From Tubulanus polymorphus (Eukaryota > Animalia > Nemertea): DNA of 64,000 bases. Position numbers and translations under genes: made by a program. Under the pieces are notes generated by a model. It worked only from the letters and a program-made list of their open reading frames with translations. It searched no databases and was not told where the DNA came from. The stretch is from assembly GCF_964204645.1 (NCBI RefSeq), contig NC_134030.1, positions 9,513,222 to 9,577,221 of the forward strand, read 5' to 3'. Of this stretch, positions 46,233 through 60,971 are shown piece after piece; position 1 is the stretch's first letter; each line of letters starts with the position of its first letter.

Positions 46233-49200
46233 GGACCTGTTTCGGAAGCAGTTGCCCCGGTTGGTCGTGCCATTGCGTTTCGGGTACTGCTTCCCGAAAT
46301 GCGAAAAAGGTGTGCCCTTCTTCAACGGCCGGACGTCTTAAATGCCCGGCGTCGGCACCGTATTGCGAGAAGAGGGCAAATAGTTACCGACATTGGGAAT
46401 GGAAAGGACCCGGCTGTCAAATAGGTAAGTAGAGTTCCACTTAACCAGGGGCCAGTTTCTCAAGCGCTGGTTCCAAAAGAGAACCAATGAATACATACCA
46501 AGGTTGTCATTATGCCAGATATCCACGGGATAAACCATCTTTTGAGCAACTGGCTATACAGAAAGCCTTCACATGAGATGACGATTGCATTCCAACGAAT
46601 GCCTTATTTTGCTATTGGCAGATAGTAGAATAGCGAATAAAGAATGATTTAAATGCATTATTTCCGGGGGTAACTACGACCAGTACTATAAGAGTATTTG
46701 ATGATGGACGCGGTTACTGCACATAAATATCTGTTATTGTTAATAGAAATATAAACTAGCAACATTTATTTGCTGTCTGCCGTAGTAATAATGTGTATAA
46801 TGAGTTGGCCAATTATGATACGTGAAACGTAAACATTCTAGATGAATACTGAATGTTGGGAGGTTTCTTGCGGAAAAGATCTAGAATATTTTATTCGACG
46901 ACTCATTTTAGAATCTTGGAAAAAGGCTGAACAATCGACGAGAAAAGAGAAACGTTGCACGAAATGTGACTTTAGAAAGAAATATGATGGAGAAAGATCA
47001 TTTCTAAAAATGTTTTCGCCTTAAATCCACGAGGGAATGATAAGGTCACGCCAAAAAATACTTTCGACCATCGAATGAAGCGAAATTGTAAAGAAACAAT
47101 GCGGCGACGAAAGTCAAGGTTACATCCTAAACGTCGAATATATTTTTAATAAGATTCAGTACATACCGACTCATCGATTGCATAATAGGCAAACAGACTT
47201 TCATTTTTTCGTAAAAGGTTTTGATTTTTGTATTCTCTTTTCGTCGTTGCGTAACGTAGGTAACGTGGCTGAATCGAAGCAGGCGAGAATGTCCTCAAGT
47301 GGGGGTACTTACAATTCACAGATATACTGCTTTGATGGCGCAGTATCAAGCAGTAGGTACTGCGAAACGCGTAAGCAAACCAATCCTTGGATCATCGTCG
47401 ATCTTGGCGCTAAATACGTCGTGCAAGCGGTGGATTTGTACTATTCGACAAGAAGTTCAAGCGCCTATTGTTACAGTTCTCAAAGTAAGTTTTCAGGTGA
47501 ATAAGTAGTGCATACTAAGAATAAAGCAACAAATTGGAATGAAATTGGTTTGATTGACATTTGGCATTGAGCCAGTTGCAATGGGATCGGCCGTTCCTTA
47601 CTGATTCGCAATCGAGACGTAAAGGATGACATTAGGATAGGTTATGCTTTCTTCTTATTCACTCATAACTCTGACGCTTGCTGGACCCCGTGCCGCAGTT
47701 GTCGGTTAGGTTACTGTTAAATTATTGATGTGTAAATGAGGGCAATTCCAAAACGCAAAGGAAGAAAATCATTGAATTTTCCAAAAAAATAATTTACGCA
47801 AAAAGGGTAAGCTTGCTTTGGTGATGCCTATATATCAATGTCGTACATATTACTTGTTTAGGTTTTCGACATGGATTAGGTTTCCCTAATTTCGAATATG
47901 AATTGCTTATGGTGAAACCTCTTTTTCAGGGAAGCTGAAGTGGCGTTTGTTGCAGAGCCGAGTCGGTGATGGTAACCATTACCATAATCCATTATGCACG
48001 AATTTCACCGATGTCGGGTACGGCTGCGGTAACCACGTGTTAAAACAATGCGACGAATCGTTGATAGGGCGGTATGTTTCCGTGCAATTGATGGGTTATA
48101 AAAGATTAAGACTTACAGAGATTGTGGTCATCGGATTCAAGTATATAGGTATATGTTCGTTGTCTTCATCGTCGAAATGCCATTCCGTGTATTTTGTGGT
48201 TTGTATTATTGCGCTGTGTGATGGCTCTGTACTCATAACATCCCAATAGTCGAAGTGTGAGCATGTATCTTTTACGCGTTAGCGGCAATAGGTCTCTAGA
48301 TTGCAGAATACGTGATAAAAAACAACGATTCAGTGTCAGGATACATCTCACGTCTTTTTTCAGATCCGAATGAGTGCACGTATCCAGGCTCGTACGGTTG
48401 CATGGTGGAAGCTCAGTGCAATGTAAAAGTCCCCAATAGAGTCGACTATTCGACCGGTTACTGTCATAATGGCTGTAATGCGAACTATATCGGCAAATAC
48501 TGTGAAAAAGGTTAGCGTTGTCTCATCCTGCCTGCAAGGATTTGGAATTTTCTCCTAGATCTGGAACTCTAGGTGCAAATGACAGTGCACCCGGTTTACT
48601 ATATGAGCAGGTTTTGTTACCTCCTTAATATCGACGCCTCGAACTTTGGATCCCTTCTTTATTGAATGAACATCGTTTACCTCACACCAAAATAACTCAA
48701 TCTATTCATCTCTCATCGTTATACTTTTACAGAATTCAAATTGACGTATACTATGAAATTGGTAAGCCAGCTCCATAGCGTCATCGTCAAAATAACAAAC
48801 CCACGATTACCGAATGGTAAAACAGATTCAGGAAAGGGTTTTATACGTGTGGGATATCGCGTCCTTTACAGAAAAGTCGGCGATAAAGACTGGATCGTCG
48901 GAGGTACTGAACCACCAGCAAAACCGAGAGGCAGTAGATACGTCATGGCTTCGAGGCGAGATATAGTTATTTCAGGTCTTGCTGAAAACACCTATTACGA
49001 ATTCGCCGCGAAGGCCTGGAAAATCGACGCTAATCTAAATTCGACGTTGGACGCTCGGAAATCATACGCATTTACGTTATGTTACGGTAATTCCCTCTAT
49101 ACTGTTAATGCATATTTCGTTTGGCATATAAAAATTCAACGCACTATATTCGTTTTTATGAATAGAGCCACTAGTTGGTCCGGATGTCACCAGCTTGCGA

Positions 49201-51488
49201 CAACAGCGAGATGTCGACTCGTCGTTGTATAACGTTTACGTAGAATACGAGGTAAATAGAAATCACAATTCAAAATGAGACATCTAGTTTGAGAACCTAT
49301 AAACCTTAAACGGATTCGTTGATGGTGGTAATCTGCAAGGATAACACGTTTCTTTACGTATCCGAGCATATCCACTAAGCAAACCCATTGTCCTGGAATC
49401 TGCAACGAAAAGAATAACCCGGAAGTTATCTGCGATTGGCTGCGCAATGCCACAAATCAGAGCACGTATACATGCAGCAGCACTCACTGACAAGGGGGCG
49501 CTAGCTGACGACCTGGTTGTCGCAGCGTAAATACTGTCATGTTCCGTTCCGATGCTAAACCTGCTTATATTATATATGCGAGTCAGAGCTAACGGTTGTG
49601 ATTTACTTCCTTCGACGTGTCTTTTCAGACGATCAAAGCAGATCAGCGACGTTGCAACGCACCGGGCACGATTTACAGACTTTTTATTCGATCAACGACA
49701 AATGAAACGTGGACGAATGTCGGCCAGAATTACAAAATTTCCGGCCTGGAGCCTTTGACGAAATATCGACTGAAAATCGGTATCAAGAATAAAGGAAATG
49801 CTAACTTCATCTTCGGCAAAATTCACGAATTCTTGACCGGATCAGCAGGTGTTGTTTTTTTAAAAATATTAGGTTCAGTTGATTATCAAAATCGATCAAT
49901 TCTATGGTAGAAAGTTGCTTTTTGTAACACGGAACATTTTCAATTTTCATTATTTATATTAGATAATACGATTTTTTATTTTCTCTCGACTCGCCTTAAC
50001 GGCACTGTTGCAGTTACCCACTTGACGGCGACAAATACACCATTCGGTCTGAACGTTACCTGGAAGACTCCCGTTCAACTTCGACATCTACAGTTCAACT
50101 TTACTGGGAAATATCGGTTAATAAACAGGGCAGCGTGTCCGAAACAGAGGTCGAGGGAAGAAACTCAAGGATGTCCATTCCCAACCGATATCAACGAATT
50201 AGAACTAGTAGAACTGAGGAGCTACGCCTATTACGAGGTCACAATTACTTCTGTTTCGCTGAACGACAAATCTAAAGTGGAACGAGAATCAGTTGCATTA
50301 AATGTAACCGCAGAACAGTCAGGTAACTGAGTTCACGTTTGGTCAAAATCGGCACATTTTACATCAAAATGTAACACGACTATTTTCCAGCTCCGACTGG
50401 TACTCCTAGACCACCCATGGTTTGGCCACAAGATGTGGGCTTATCGACGATCAACGAGACAACTTGGGTACAGATACGTTTCAACGAAATCTCGTGCGAT
50501 TTGAAAAATGGAAACTTCATCGGTTTCCACTACAAACTCTACGAGAAAAACTCCGGTGAATTAGTAGACGAAAATGTGACAGTGCAGAGTTCACGTTATT
50601 ACATTGAACATTTGAAGCCGTTTACGACATATTTGCTGAGCTACACCTGGACGAACGAAGCCGGCGAAAGTCCGCAATCTAATAGCACCGAATTCAAAAC
50701 AGACGAAACTAGTAGGTCACATATATTTCATCGACACAATATTGATTATCATTTTTGCTTAACGCGCATTATGTTTTCCCATTCAATAGCATGTTATTTA
50801 CATAAGAATCGAGTTCCTTGTTGATAGGAAAATGTCTGAGGCTATCAAAAAATGTTTTGGCAGGGAATGTCATGCATAAGATTCACCCCGGACATAGAGG
50901 AAACATCTATCGCATCAAATAGAAATTCTGAGATTAAAATTTAATTTCGATCAGATCTACTCAATCTCTATAGACCTCACAGCTTATATGATATAATTTT
51001 TACTATTTTCAGCTTTATTGGAAGTAAAGATGAAAATAAACCCCGTTGATCGTAATGAGGACAATTTGGACTTCACCGTCGATTTTACGCTCAACCAAAT
51101 CCGCGGAGAAGTTCTAAACTATGCCTTACAGTGCGGAGAGACGACCGGTGACGGCGTCAAACCGAAAAGACCCAGTCGTTCATATTGGAAAATCGATAAA
51201 GATCCGAAGAATCTACCTTTCAAAGTTTACAATTTGAAGCCTGCGACGTGGTACGGATGTAGGGTAAGTCAGCATTGTAGCACCCGAAACCTAGGTATAT
51301 ATAAGTACGTTTGGCTGGGAGATGTAATAGGTCAGATATGTTGTTGAAATGCTTCACTATTGTTTCATTCAACGCTCACTCCGGTCAGATTTACTCAACC
51401 ACGTATTCATTTCTTCTAGGGAAGTGCTTTGAGTAAGAAAGGCTGGGGTCCATCCACTGCTTACATCTACGTCTTGACCGATGATTGA
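46233..51488 (+). CDS. Multi-exon fucolectin (F5/8C-like)/EGF-like/FN3 protein, paralogue A; signal-peptide exon not found
   Basis: Exons with AG/GT boundaries near 46233, 47260, 47930, 48364, 48733, 49166, 49629, 50013, 50391, 51013 and 51420. NVAESKQARMSS..PWIIVDLG..VQAVDLY, Cys-rich exons, FN3 motifs (LAENTYYEF, LEPLTKY, LKPFTTY, LKPATWY). No TM. Confidence 0.75.
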
Positions 51489-52068
51489 AGTTCATCTAAG
51501 GCCAGTGGACAAGAGAGGAGCAGCAAATAGACCCAACATTAAAATATTTTGAAAAATCTCTCATGTAAATCTCTATATCGACTTTGTTCAACGCATAGAT
51601 ACAAGTACTTCATTTTATCTTGAAACAAATATCGTAATGATATAATAAACATATACAGTCAGTCGGTTAAGTTACTAATGATAATTTACAAATTTTTCCA
51701 AACGATCCCACCGTAATACGCTATTTTCTACTCTGATTTTCTTTTACTTTTCGTGCATTAATGAAGAACGATACTTTAGATCGAAGAGGAAAAGATAGAA
51801 GGAAAAACGTATTTCACATCAGCCGACAGATCTATGTCTTACGTTTATTACGGCAATCGCTCCACGCCGTAATGAATGGCTAACAATTTTGCTTTAGAAT
51901 AAAGGCCCTTTGACGAAAACGATCGTAATTTGTAATTTGTTGATGCCACGTTTAATACGTTCTATACGCGCGCTGTCTGGTAAGCGCAAACAATTTTGTT
52001 TCCCGTCAATTATGCGGGTAAATTAGGCAGTCTGCTGAGTTAGGTTATCGTGTATTTTTCGAGGCAAG

Positions 52069-55000
52069 ATGTGGGTAGAATATCTGTGCGGTCTCCTTGC
52101 GGTTGCCGCTGCGCTTAATACATTACAACACGCTGAAGGTAGGCATCAGTTAGATTTCAGTTTATGTATGGTAGTAAATAATATTGAATATTAGTAGTTT
52201 GATACCGATTTTTTAGGGGAATGATAGCAATGATGCATCGATAAACTTACTATGATGTGTAAAGGCGTTGAATGTTTTGAATTCGGTTAATAAATTGATT
52301 CGTTGGTCATATTACAGGGACATGTTTCGGTAGCAGTTGCCCTGGTTGGTCGTGCCATTGCGTTTCCGATGACCGGAATGCAAAAATCGTCTGTCCTTCT
52401 TCATCAGCCGGACGTCTTAAATGCCCGTCGTCGGCACCGCACTGCGAGAAGAGGATCGATAGTTACAAAAACTGGGAATGGAAAGGACCTGGCTGTCAAA
52501 TAGGCAAGTACAATAAAGAAGTTTCCAGTTTCTAGGCGCCATTTTGTGGCGGTCCCTCGAGGTCCCCATTGTTGCGATAATTTGCGCTCATTTTCAAAAC
52601 ATAAGTTTTTATTGAATATCATATAGCTCTGCAGTCCCTTGCTTGATTAACTTCATTAATACACCATTTTGAAGGAATTGAAATGCATGTATTTTCCGGT
52701 GATTATTGGATTTTTTGAACGCAACAATTGAGAGCAGTGACGATTTGAAACCAAGGACCGCATTTTTAAACCGCGCTTCGAAAAATTGCGATTTTTATCA
52801 ATTTTGAAATATCTTAGTGGTTATTAAAGCTATATTTCCCATTAGCGGAATAAAAGATATACAGTATGATAGACATCTGGTATGAATTTGGTGCTTTTGG
52901 AAGAATTTGAACCAAAAACCTCAAAATATTCCCTTAGACTATACAGTCTAAATGTCGAATATGTTTTAAATATTTCCGTACATGTCGACAACGATAACAC
53001 GTTAGCAGACTTTCAATCTCAATTTGTTCTAATCTTTCATATAGAAGACAGTTCTTTTTTAACATTTCATTTTTATCGGTACGTGACGTGTGTAGGTAAC
53101 GTGGCCGAATCGAAGCAGGCGAGAATGTCCTCTTATAGTTCACAGAGATACTGCTTTGATGGCGCTGTCTCAGGAAGGTACTGCGAAACTCGCAGGGAAC
53201 ACAATCCTTGGATTATCGTTGATCTTGGTGCTAAACACGTAGTGCAGGCGGTGGATTTGTACTATTCGACAAGATATTCAAATGGCTATTGTTCCAGTTA
53301 TAGAAGTAAGTTTTCACGTGAATTAGCGAATTATTGATACAACGAAGCAATTGAATTAATTTGAATTTTGGCATTGACCCACAGTGTTGCACAGTGGTCA
53401 GTTGTTGTGGTCCCTATTGTAGTAGTCCCTATTGTTTCAAAGTCGAGGCGTAGGATGACACCAGGCTAGCTGGATGGACCCAGTGCCACACAGTTCTCAG
53501 CTTCAGGTTTGACTCGTAGCTTGGAGTTACTCAAAGGTCCTAGAGACAACATTTGTTCATTTCCACCAATGTTTTAACGCTTGAGTCAAAGTCTACCCAT
53601 TAAATTCTTGACGCGCAAATGAGAGCGCTAGATAGCTAAGATGCCTCAACGAGAAAAAAAACGTCGGATTTTCTAAAGAGAAATTCATTAAACATCCTTT
53701 TGCACCAATGAGGGAACTCTGTTTTGGCGGGGTGTGAAAATGTCAATGCTAATACGAGTTAATGACCTTTCGTTTCATGTGTAGCTCATATTTGAAAACT
53801 CTTTTTCAGGAGGGCTCAAGTGGAGTTTGTTGCAGAGCCGAGTCGGTGATGGCGACGATTTACATAATCCAATATGCACGAATTTCACCGATGTCGTGTA
53901 CGGGTGCGGTAACCACGTGTTTAAACAATGCGACGAATCGTTGATAGGGCGGTATGTTTCCGTGCAAATAATGGCTTATGAGAGATTAAAACTAGCTGAG
54001 ATTGTGGTAATCGGATTCAAGTATATAGGTATATTCGTTGCTTTCGATATTGTTATATTGAATTCTATAACATATTGATATATGCTTTCAATTATGTATC
54101 TATAAAAATTCGTTCTATATTGTTATAATTTCCATGTAGATAAAGAAAATTAGCGTTAATCGTTAATCGTGTAGCCTGGGATTTGTATTATGTTCTCTAC
54201 CCATAAAATACAAAAATATTACGATGAAAACCATATATCAATTTTTCAGATCCGAATGAGTGTACGTATCCTGGTTCGATCGGTTGTATGACTGAAGCTC
54301 AGTGCAATATAAACGTCCCCAATAGAGTCGACTATTTGACCGGTTACTGTCATGGCGGCTGCAACGCGAACTATATCGGCAAATACTGTGACAAAGGTCA
54401 GTCGTGTGTTACCCTGTGTGCAAGGATTCGAACTTCTTTGCTGGAGCTGGAAGTCCAGATACAAATTAATGGCTGTCTGTGTAGCGGCATAGCGCTCATG
54501 GCCAAGGACCGTGAGGGGATGGTCGACGATAGAAATCTCTTGAAATTTTGAGAAGAATTTGGTGGATTTTTACGACGTTGAACAGTGAATTCCGTGAAAT
54601 AAATCATAAATAATCAACCAAATCAATACCCCAATCACAGATCATTTCGCATGAGAAAATATTACTTCTTATTCGCCTGAATTGAAAAAATTCACTTAGG
54701 ATTTTTTGGGGTAGACATTTTAAGGGAGCTCCAGATTTAGGAGGAGGGGGTCTGGACGCCCTTGGACCCCCTAAATCCGCGACCGGATTTTACTTTAGCA
54801 AGCAGCGTTTCATACCTTAGCATCGACGCCATGAACTTCGAAATTCCTACAATTGAATGAACATCGTTAAATTAACCAAGATATCCGAACCTACCAATTT
54901 TTTGGTATATTTCAGAATTCAGATTGACGTACACAATAAAACTGGTTAGCCAGCACCATAGCGTCAACGTCACTATATCGAATCCACGAGTACCGAATGG

Positions 55001-57568
55001 TAATATGGATTCAGGAAAGGGTTCTATACGTGTGGGATATCGCGTCCTTTACAGAAAAGTCGGCGATAAAGACTGGATTGTCGGAGCTACTGAACCACCA
55101 GCAAAACCGGGTGCCAGTACAAATTTCATGGCTCCGATGCGGGATAAAGTTATTTCAGGGCTTACTGCAAACACACGGTATGAATTCACGGCCACGGCCC
55201 GGAAAATCGACGCTAATTTGAACTCGATGTTGACCGAAGATCCTCTGAAAACCTATGTGCATACATTATGTCACGGTAATCCGCTTTTCGTTTTCAACGC
55301 ATACAAATTATTCCGATTGGTAATTAAGAAAATTCATTGTATTACCTTGTTTTTACTGATTAATAGGGCCACTAGTCGGTCCTGGGATTACCGGTCTGCG
55401 ACAACAGCGAGAAGCTGATTCCCCGTTGTTCAAAGTTTTCGTAGAATACGAGGTAAATGAAAATAATGATTCCAAAGTAATATATCCATTTTATTGAGAA
55501 ACGCCTTCTTGAGGAGCGCTTAATTCAATGATGGTGGTATTTTTTTGGTACCATAATACGTTATCTGATATTCTTAGTATGATTGCTGGTAGATATAACT
55601 ATATTCGCGAGAGTCAGAGTGGAGAGTTGAGATCGGTTTTCTCCGTGTTTGTCTTTTCAGACGATCACAGGGGATCAGCGACGTTGCGACGCACCAGGTA
55701 CGATTTACAGAATTTTCATCCAATCAACGACGAACGATACATGGATGAATGTCGGCCAGAATTACAAAATTTCCGGCCTAAAACCGTTGACGAAATATCG
55801 AGTGAAAGTCGGTATCAAGAATAAAGGAAATACTAACTTCGTCTTCGGCAAAATTCACGAATTCTTGACAGGATCAGCAGGTGTTGCATTTTATTTCAAA
55901 TATTTGAGTTTGTAGATGTTAATAAGATCATATCTATGAAAGTAGGCTATACTTTGTCAAATACTTACTTTAACTCTATATTACTTATTATATTTCTATA
56001 TCTACGTTTACTCACGATAATGAAGTTACCCATCTGACGGCCGCATATGCACCATTCGGTCTGAACGTTACCTGGAAGACTCCCGTTCAACTTCGACATC
56101 TACGATACAACTTCGCCGGAAAGTATCGATTGATAAGCCGGTTAGCGTGCCCGAAAAAGAGGTTGACTGAAAAAACAAAAGGATGTCCATTCCCAACCGA
56201 TATCAACGAATTAGAACTAGTCGAACTGAGGAGCTACGCCTATTACGAGGTGACAATTACTCCTGTTTCGCTTAACGGCGAATCTAAAATGGAACGAGAA
56301 TCAGTTGCATTTAACGTAACCACAAAACAGTCAGGTAACTGAGTTCAGGGTTTGTCTAAATCAGCACATTTTTAATCATAATGTCACTACACAACTTTTT
56401 TCAAGCTCCGACTGGTACCCCTAGACCAGGCGACGTTTGGCCACAAGATGTGGGCTTATCGACGATCAAGGAGACAACTTGGGCGTCAGTCCGTTTCCAC
56501 GATATATCGTGCGAGTCGAGAAATGGAAACTTCACCGGTTTCCACTACAAACTCTACGAGAAAACCTCCGGCCAGTTGGTTCGGGAAAACGTGACGATGG
56601 TGAGATCACTTTATTACATTGAACACTTGAAGCCGTTCACGATCTATTTGCTGAGCTACACCTGGACGAACGAAGCCGGTGAAAGTCCGCAATCTGATAC
56701 CACCGAATTCAAAACAGATGAAACTAGTAAGTCACATATAACAAATCATAATGAATTACCATTTTTCCATCCTGCGCTGCGTTTCCCCATTAGTTTGAAT
56801 GCCGTTTTTGATAATTTTCAGTAATTGAGATCTTTGCTGATCGAAATATTGTCTGAGGCTATCCTATCCAAAACTACTGTCTTGACGAAGAATGCCATGT
56901 TCAAGAACAATTCCAACAATTTTCTAACAACGATTTCATTAGGCTAAACAAAAATGATACCTTGTTTCTCCGCAGCGGCCGGGTCATTCATGTGAATAGA
57001 ATGTTCTGATTTTCATTTTTGTCATCATATCTGCATAGGCAACTCCGAGACCTAACTGGTGCAATGATATCATTGTACTATTTTCAGCTTTATTGGAAGT
57101 AAATATGAAAATAAACCCCGTTGATCGTAATGAGGACAAATTGGACTTCACCGTCGATTTTACGCTCAACCAAATCCGCGGAGAAGTTCTGAGCTATGCC
57201 TTACAGTGCGGAGAGACGACCGGTGACGGCGTCAAACCGAAAAGACCCAGTCGTTCATATTGGAGTATCGATAAAGATCCGAAAATAATTTACCTTTCAA
57301 AGTTTACAATTTGAAGCCCGCGACGTGGTACGGATGTAGGGTAAGTCAGCGTTGTAGCACCCTAAACCTTTGTTCATTTTAACAAGTTAGGCTGGGAGAT
57401 GAAATAGGTCAGATACTTTGTAATCCAACTTCTTCCATATTGTTTAGTTCAGCGCTTACTCCAGTCTTTACTTAAAAAACACATATATATTTCTTCTAGG
57501 GAAGTGCTTTGAGTAAGAAAGGCTGGGGTCCGTCCACTCCTTACGTCTACGTTTTGACAGTCGGTTGA
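52069..57568 (+). CDS. Multi-exon secreted fucolectin/EGF-like/FN3 protein, paralogue B; frameshift near 57285
   Basis: Signal-peptide exon 52069-52138 (MWVEYLCGLLAVAAALNTLQHAE). Exons colinear with paralogue A. GC donor at 52504. A +2 nt indel gives a premature TGA at 57312-57314. Confidence 0.75.
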
Positions 57569-58089
57569 ATTTCATCCGGAGCCATGAGAGGAAAATTGAG
57601 AGGAGGCAAATAGATCTGTCACACAACATTACCATATTGTCGATACTGATTTAATCATGTAAAACTCTATTCTAAAACTTATAAATACTTCTTTTTATTC
57701 TTAAACAATTATCATAATAATATAATACACATATATATATACAGCCATTAGCTCAGCAACTAATAATCATTTACTAAATTTTTCCAGGAGATCCCGCCGT
57801 AAAACGCTTTACTTCTTACCCTGTATTCCTAACCTTTCTCGCGTTAATACGAACGAATCTTCGATATTAGAGTCCGATCATCGAAAAGAACGGACGATAA
57901 AACACATTGACACATATATAAAGTATTTACATCAACCGACATCAAATCTTGTCTTAATAAATGTTTACAAATTACGCGGCAACGGGGATCTACGTTCGTC
58001 ATAACAATCATCCGAAATGAACGACTTATAATTTTGCATCAGAATCGAGACCATGAAGTATACGTATATGTTCGTATATTTTCGTCAGT

Positions 58090-58353
58090 CAGGGCGAACT
58101 CCTGTTTTCGTAGCTGGTTGACTAATGGTCCAGAACTAATAACCGAACGAACTTAGTTCGGTCGTAACGTATTTCACAGTGTCGGCCATCTTGAACCTAG
58201 GTCCGAGCTATTCCCGTGGTCGACCATTTCCGGACCATAGTTCCGATTAACTGACATCCGGTTTTGCTTAGTTCGACTACAGTCGACTAACCCCGATAAC
58301 CGAAGTTCGCCCAGACGTAAAGAACCAACTGCGGCAAGTGACGATGCGGGTTT
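58090..58353. mobile_element. Possible MITE
   Basis: Ends gggcgaact / agttcgccc with internal gttcg/cgaac motifs. Confidence 0.4.
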
Positions 58354-59055
58354 ACTCTATTTACTTCGGTATAGATCGATTAATGATTTATAGTTACCAT
58401 GGGGACTATCAATCGTTCGCTGTAGACTGGTAGATCGACCGTTCACAGGAAGGATTATTATCGTTTAAGGATGCATGGTGATTTCTTGTCGTCCTCGAGG
58501 AAATATCGCCAGTTATATATTCATAATTCACTATCAGACATTCCGTCGTGTTTTTCAGATATTTCTAACGTGTATCCATGTGATAAGAGGCCACTCTGAA
58601 TTTCATCACTTTGAGATAACTGGTAATGAGGGGTAGGAGTGGGGCGGAGTTAAAATTTTCGAAGGGTCCTTCAAAACGTCAGTGTCAAAATTAGGTCAAA
58701 ATTTTGCGAAATTTGGATACGATTTTTCGTGTTTTGTTTTGTGGAAAATGAAAAATCAAAAGATTTATTCAGGTAATCGAAAAATTGAATCTCGATAAGA
58801 TCTGTCCTTTTTCCATAGAAAAGTGTCCCGTTTCACGGGGAAAAGTTCTTTCTTGAAATAAAACTGCCGGCAAAAAAGCTCGACACAGGCCTGGCAATCA
58901 CCTGCAGACGGCCATTAAAACATTTCTAAGCAAAAATTATAATTCAATGATTGGTAATAAATATGCGGACGGGAATAACACTGTCGTTCGTTAAAAACAT
59001 CGTTATATTGCATGTAATTTTCAGCACCAGAAGAATAGTCGGTACAAAACGGTTA

Positions 59056-60971
59056 CTAATAGAAACCAGGGTTCGTGTGTTCGATGATACACCGCTTACA
59101 GAACCGTTTAACGGCTCTGTATGCTTCCACCGATATGTGGCAGTCTTGGACGTTAAGCTGTTGTAATCCCGGGCAACTATTGGCGAGCATGATCACTCCG
59201 CGGTCCGTGATACCGTCGCACGATTTCAAGCTGAGCTTCTTCAACTGAACGCAAAAGTCGCCGAGTATTTGCAAGCCGTCGTCGGTGACGTCACACTTGC
59301 CGACGTCCAATGAGCGGAGGCGCCTGCAGGAATGAGCCAATTGGACGATCGAATCGTCGGACACCGCCTCGCACCCGCGGCAATTCAGATAGCGCAGTTT
59401 GTAACAGAATTTCGCTATGTACCGAACTCCGACGTCGGATATTTTATCACATTTCGCAATACTCAAGTAACGCAGGCTGGTTTCTAACTTCGAAAGTTCC
59501 CGTAGGCCGAAGTCCGTAATACGGCGGCAATCGCTGAGACTTAGTTCGCGTAACATGGTGCAGTAGTTGGCGATATACTGGACACCGATGTCCGATACGC
59601 GCGTACAGCGACGTAAGTACAGGTAACACAGTTGAGTACAATGGGACGCTATGATGCTCAGACCGCCGTCCTCCAGATCCACGCAATCGCTCATATCCAA
59701 GTAGCGCAGGAAGATCTGCTTGCTTCGCAACGGCGACGCTTGCATCGAGGCTTCTGGCGTTAGACTGATGCAGGTGATCGAAGAACATCCTGAAATTTGA
59801 ATCAGAAGCGGTCTTAATAATATTTGATAGGGATGATATGACGTATTGTTCCAGTTGAATTGAGTTCCTAAAAGTGCTGAATATTGAAGTGTCAAATTCT
59901 CTTTAAAATTTGGTTATATTTTCAAAAGGACAAACGGGTCAAACTTGATGATAAGATAATATAGTTCTACCACAGTTCTTAGTCTAAAGAGACTTTTTAG
60001 ACTGTAGAAACCACCCGATATATTTCTATATTTTATAGTCATTCATTCATTTATTGTGGGATTTTACACTTATTGTCTCATCACGGATACGGTGATCAAC
60101 AACAACATTCATTTGAATATTCTAAAAGACTTGCACTCACCTAATAAGTTCAAGTGTTCCAAGTTCGTACATTTCGACACGACTTCGAAAATGGCCATGT
60201 TCGTTATATTAGCACATCCCAGTAGGTCCAGATGAGTTATTTCCGGGCATCGGTTGGCGATGACTTGTAGCCCTTTGTCGGATAGTTTAGAGCAACCGTT
60301 CAAGTTAATCCGGTGAATGTTCACGCACACGAATGGCGTATCGTAACTCAGCCGATGAGTTAGAACTTTCAGCGCCTTGTTTATGTCCACGGAGCTGTCG
60401 TTGACACGTATCGAAGTCCACAAAGTAGGATCCCAGGCCAGGCCGTACCAGCGCCGGCAGACGCGCGCGCACCGACACACCTGCTCGGTTGGCAAGTTCG
60501 AGAATATACCCAGTATGATGTCATCGGGTAAGAAATCGAACGACGAAAATCGTATTTGTTTCTTTTTGCTCGGTTTAACCGATCGTTGCTGTTGCAGGCC
60601 CTCGTACTCTTTGTTGGACACGGACGATAGATTACCACTCGAGTAATCGGACGGGGTATCGTTCATCGGCGACACGGGGGAACTCGTGTAGAATATTTTC
60701 GCCTCGATCGGGTATTTCGGGGCCGGGATTTCGTCTTCGTCGACGTCGTTATCGACATAGTCGACGGAAGCGTCGTTGCCCGCGGAAGTGAAACGCGCGC
60801 TCTGCTGGTGATACGGCGGTCTCCTTTTCGACGACGATTCGCCACCTGGCGGCGTTTTGCACGGACTTCTCGTGGCCATTCTCGGCGGACTGTAGCATAC
60901 CGGATTCGTGAGGTCGGATCCGACTCCGGAACTCGAATCCCCGTGCGGATTATCGAAAGGTTGGATATCAT
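59056..60971 (-). CDS. FBXL7: F-box/LRR-repeat protein 7 (last two coding exons 60141-60971 and 59056-59789; upstream exon(s) not resolved)
   Basis: F-box LPDDIILGIFSNLP..CRCARVCRRWYGLAWDPTLW, cysteine-containing LRRs, C-terminus CKRCIIEHTNPGFY; canonical GT/AG intron 59790-60140. Confidence 0.9.
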
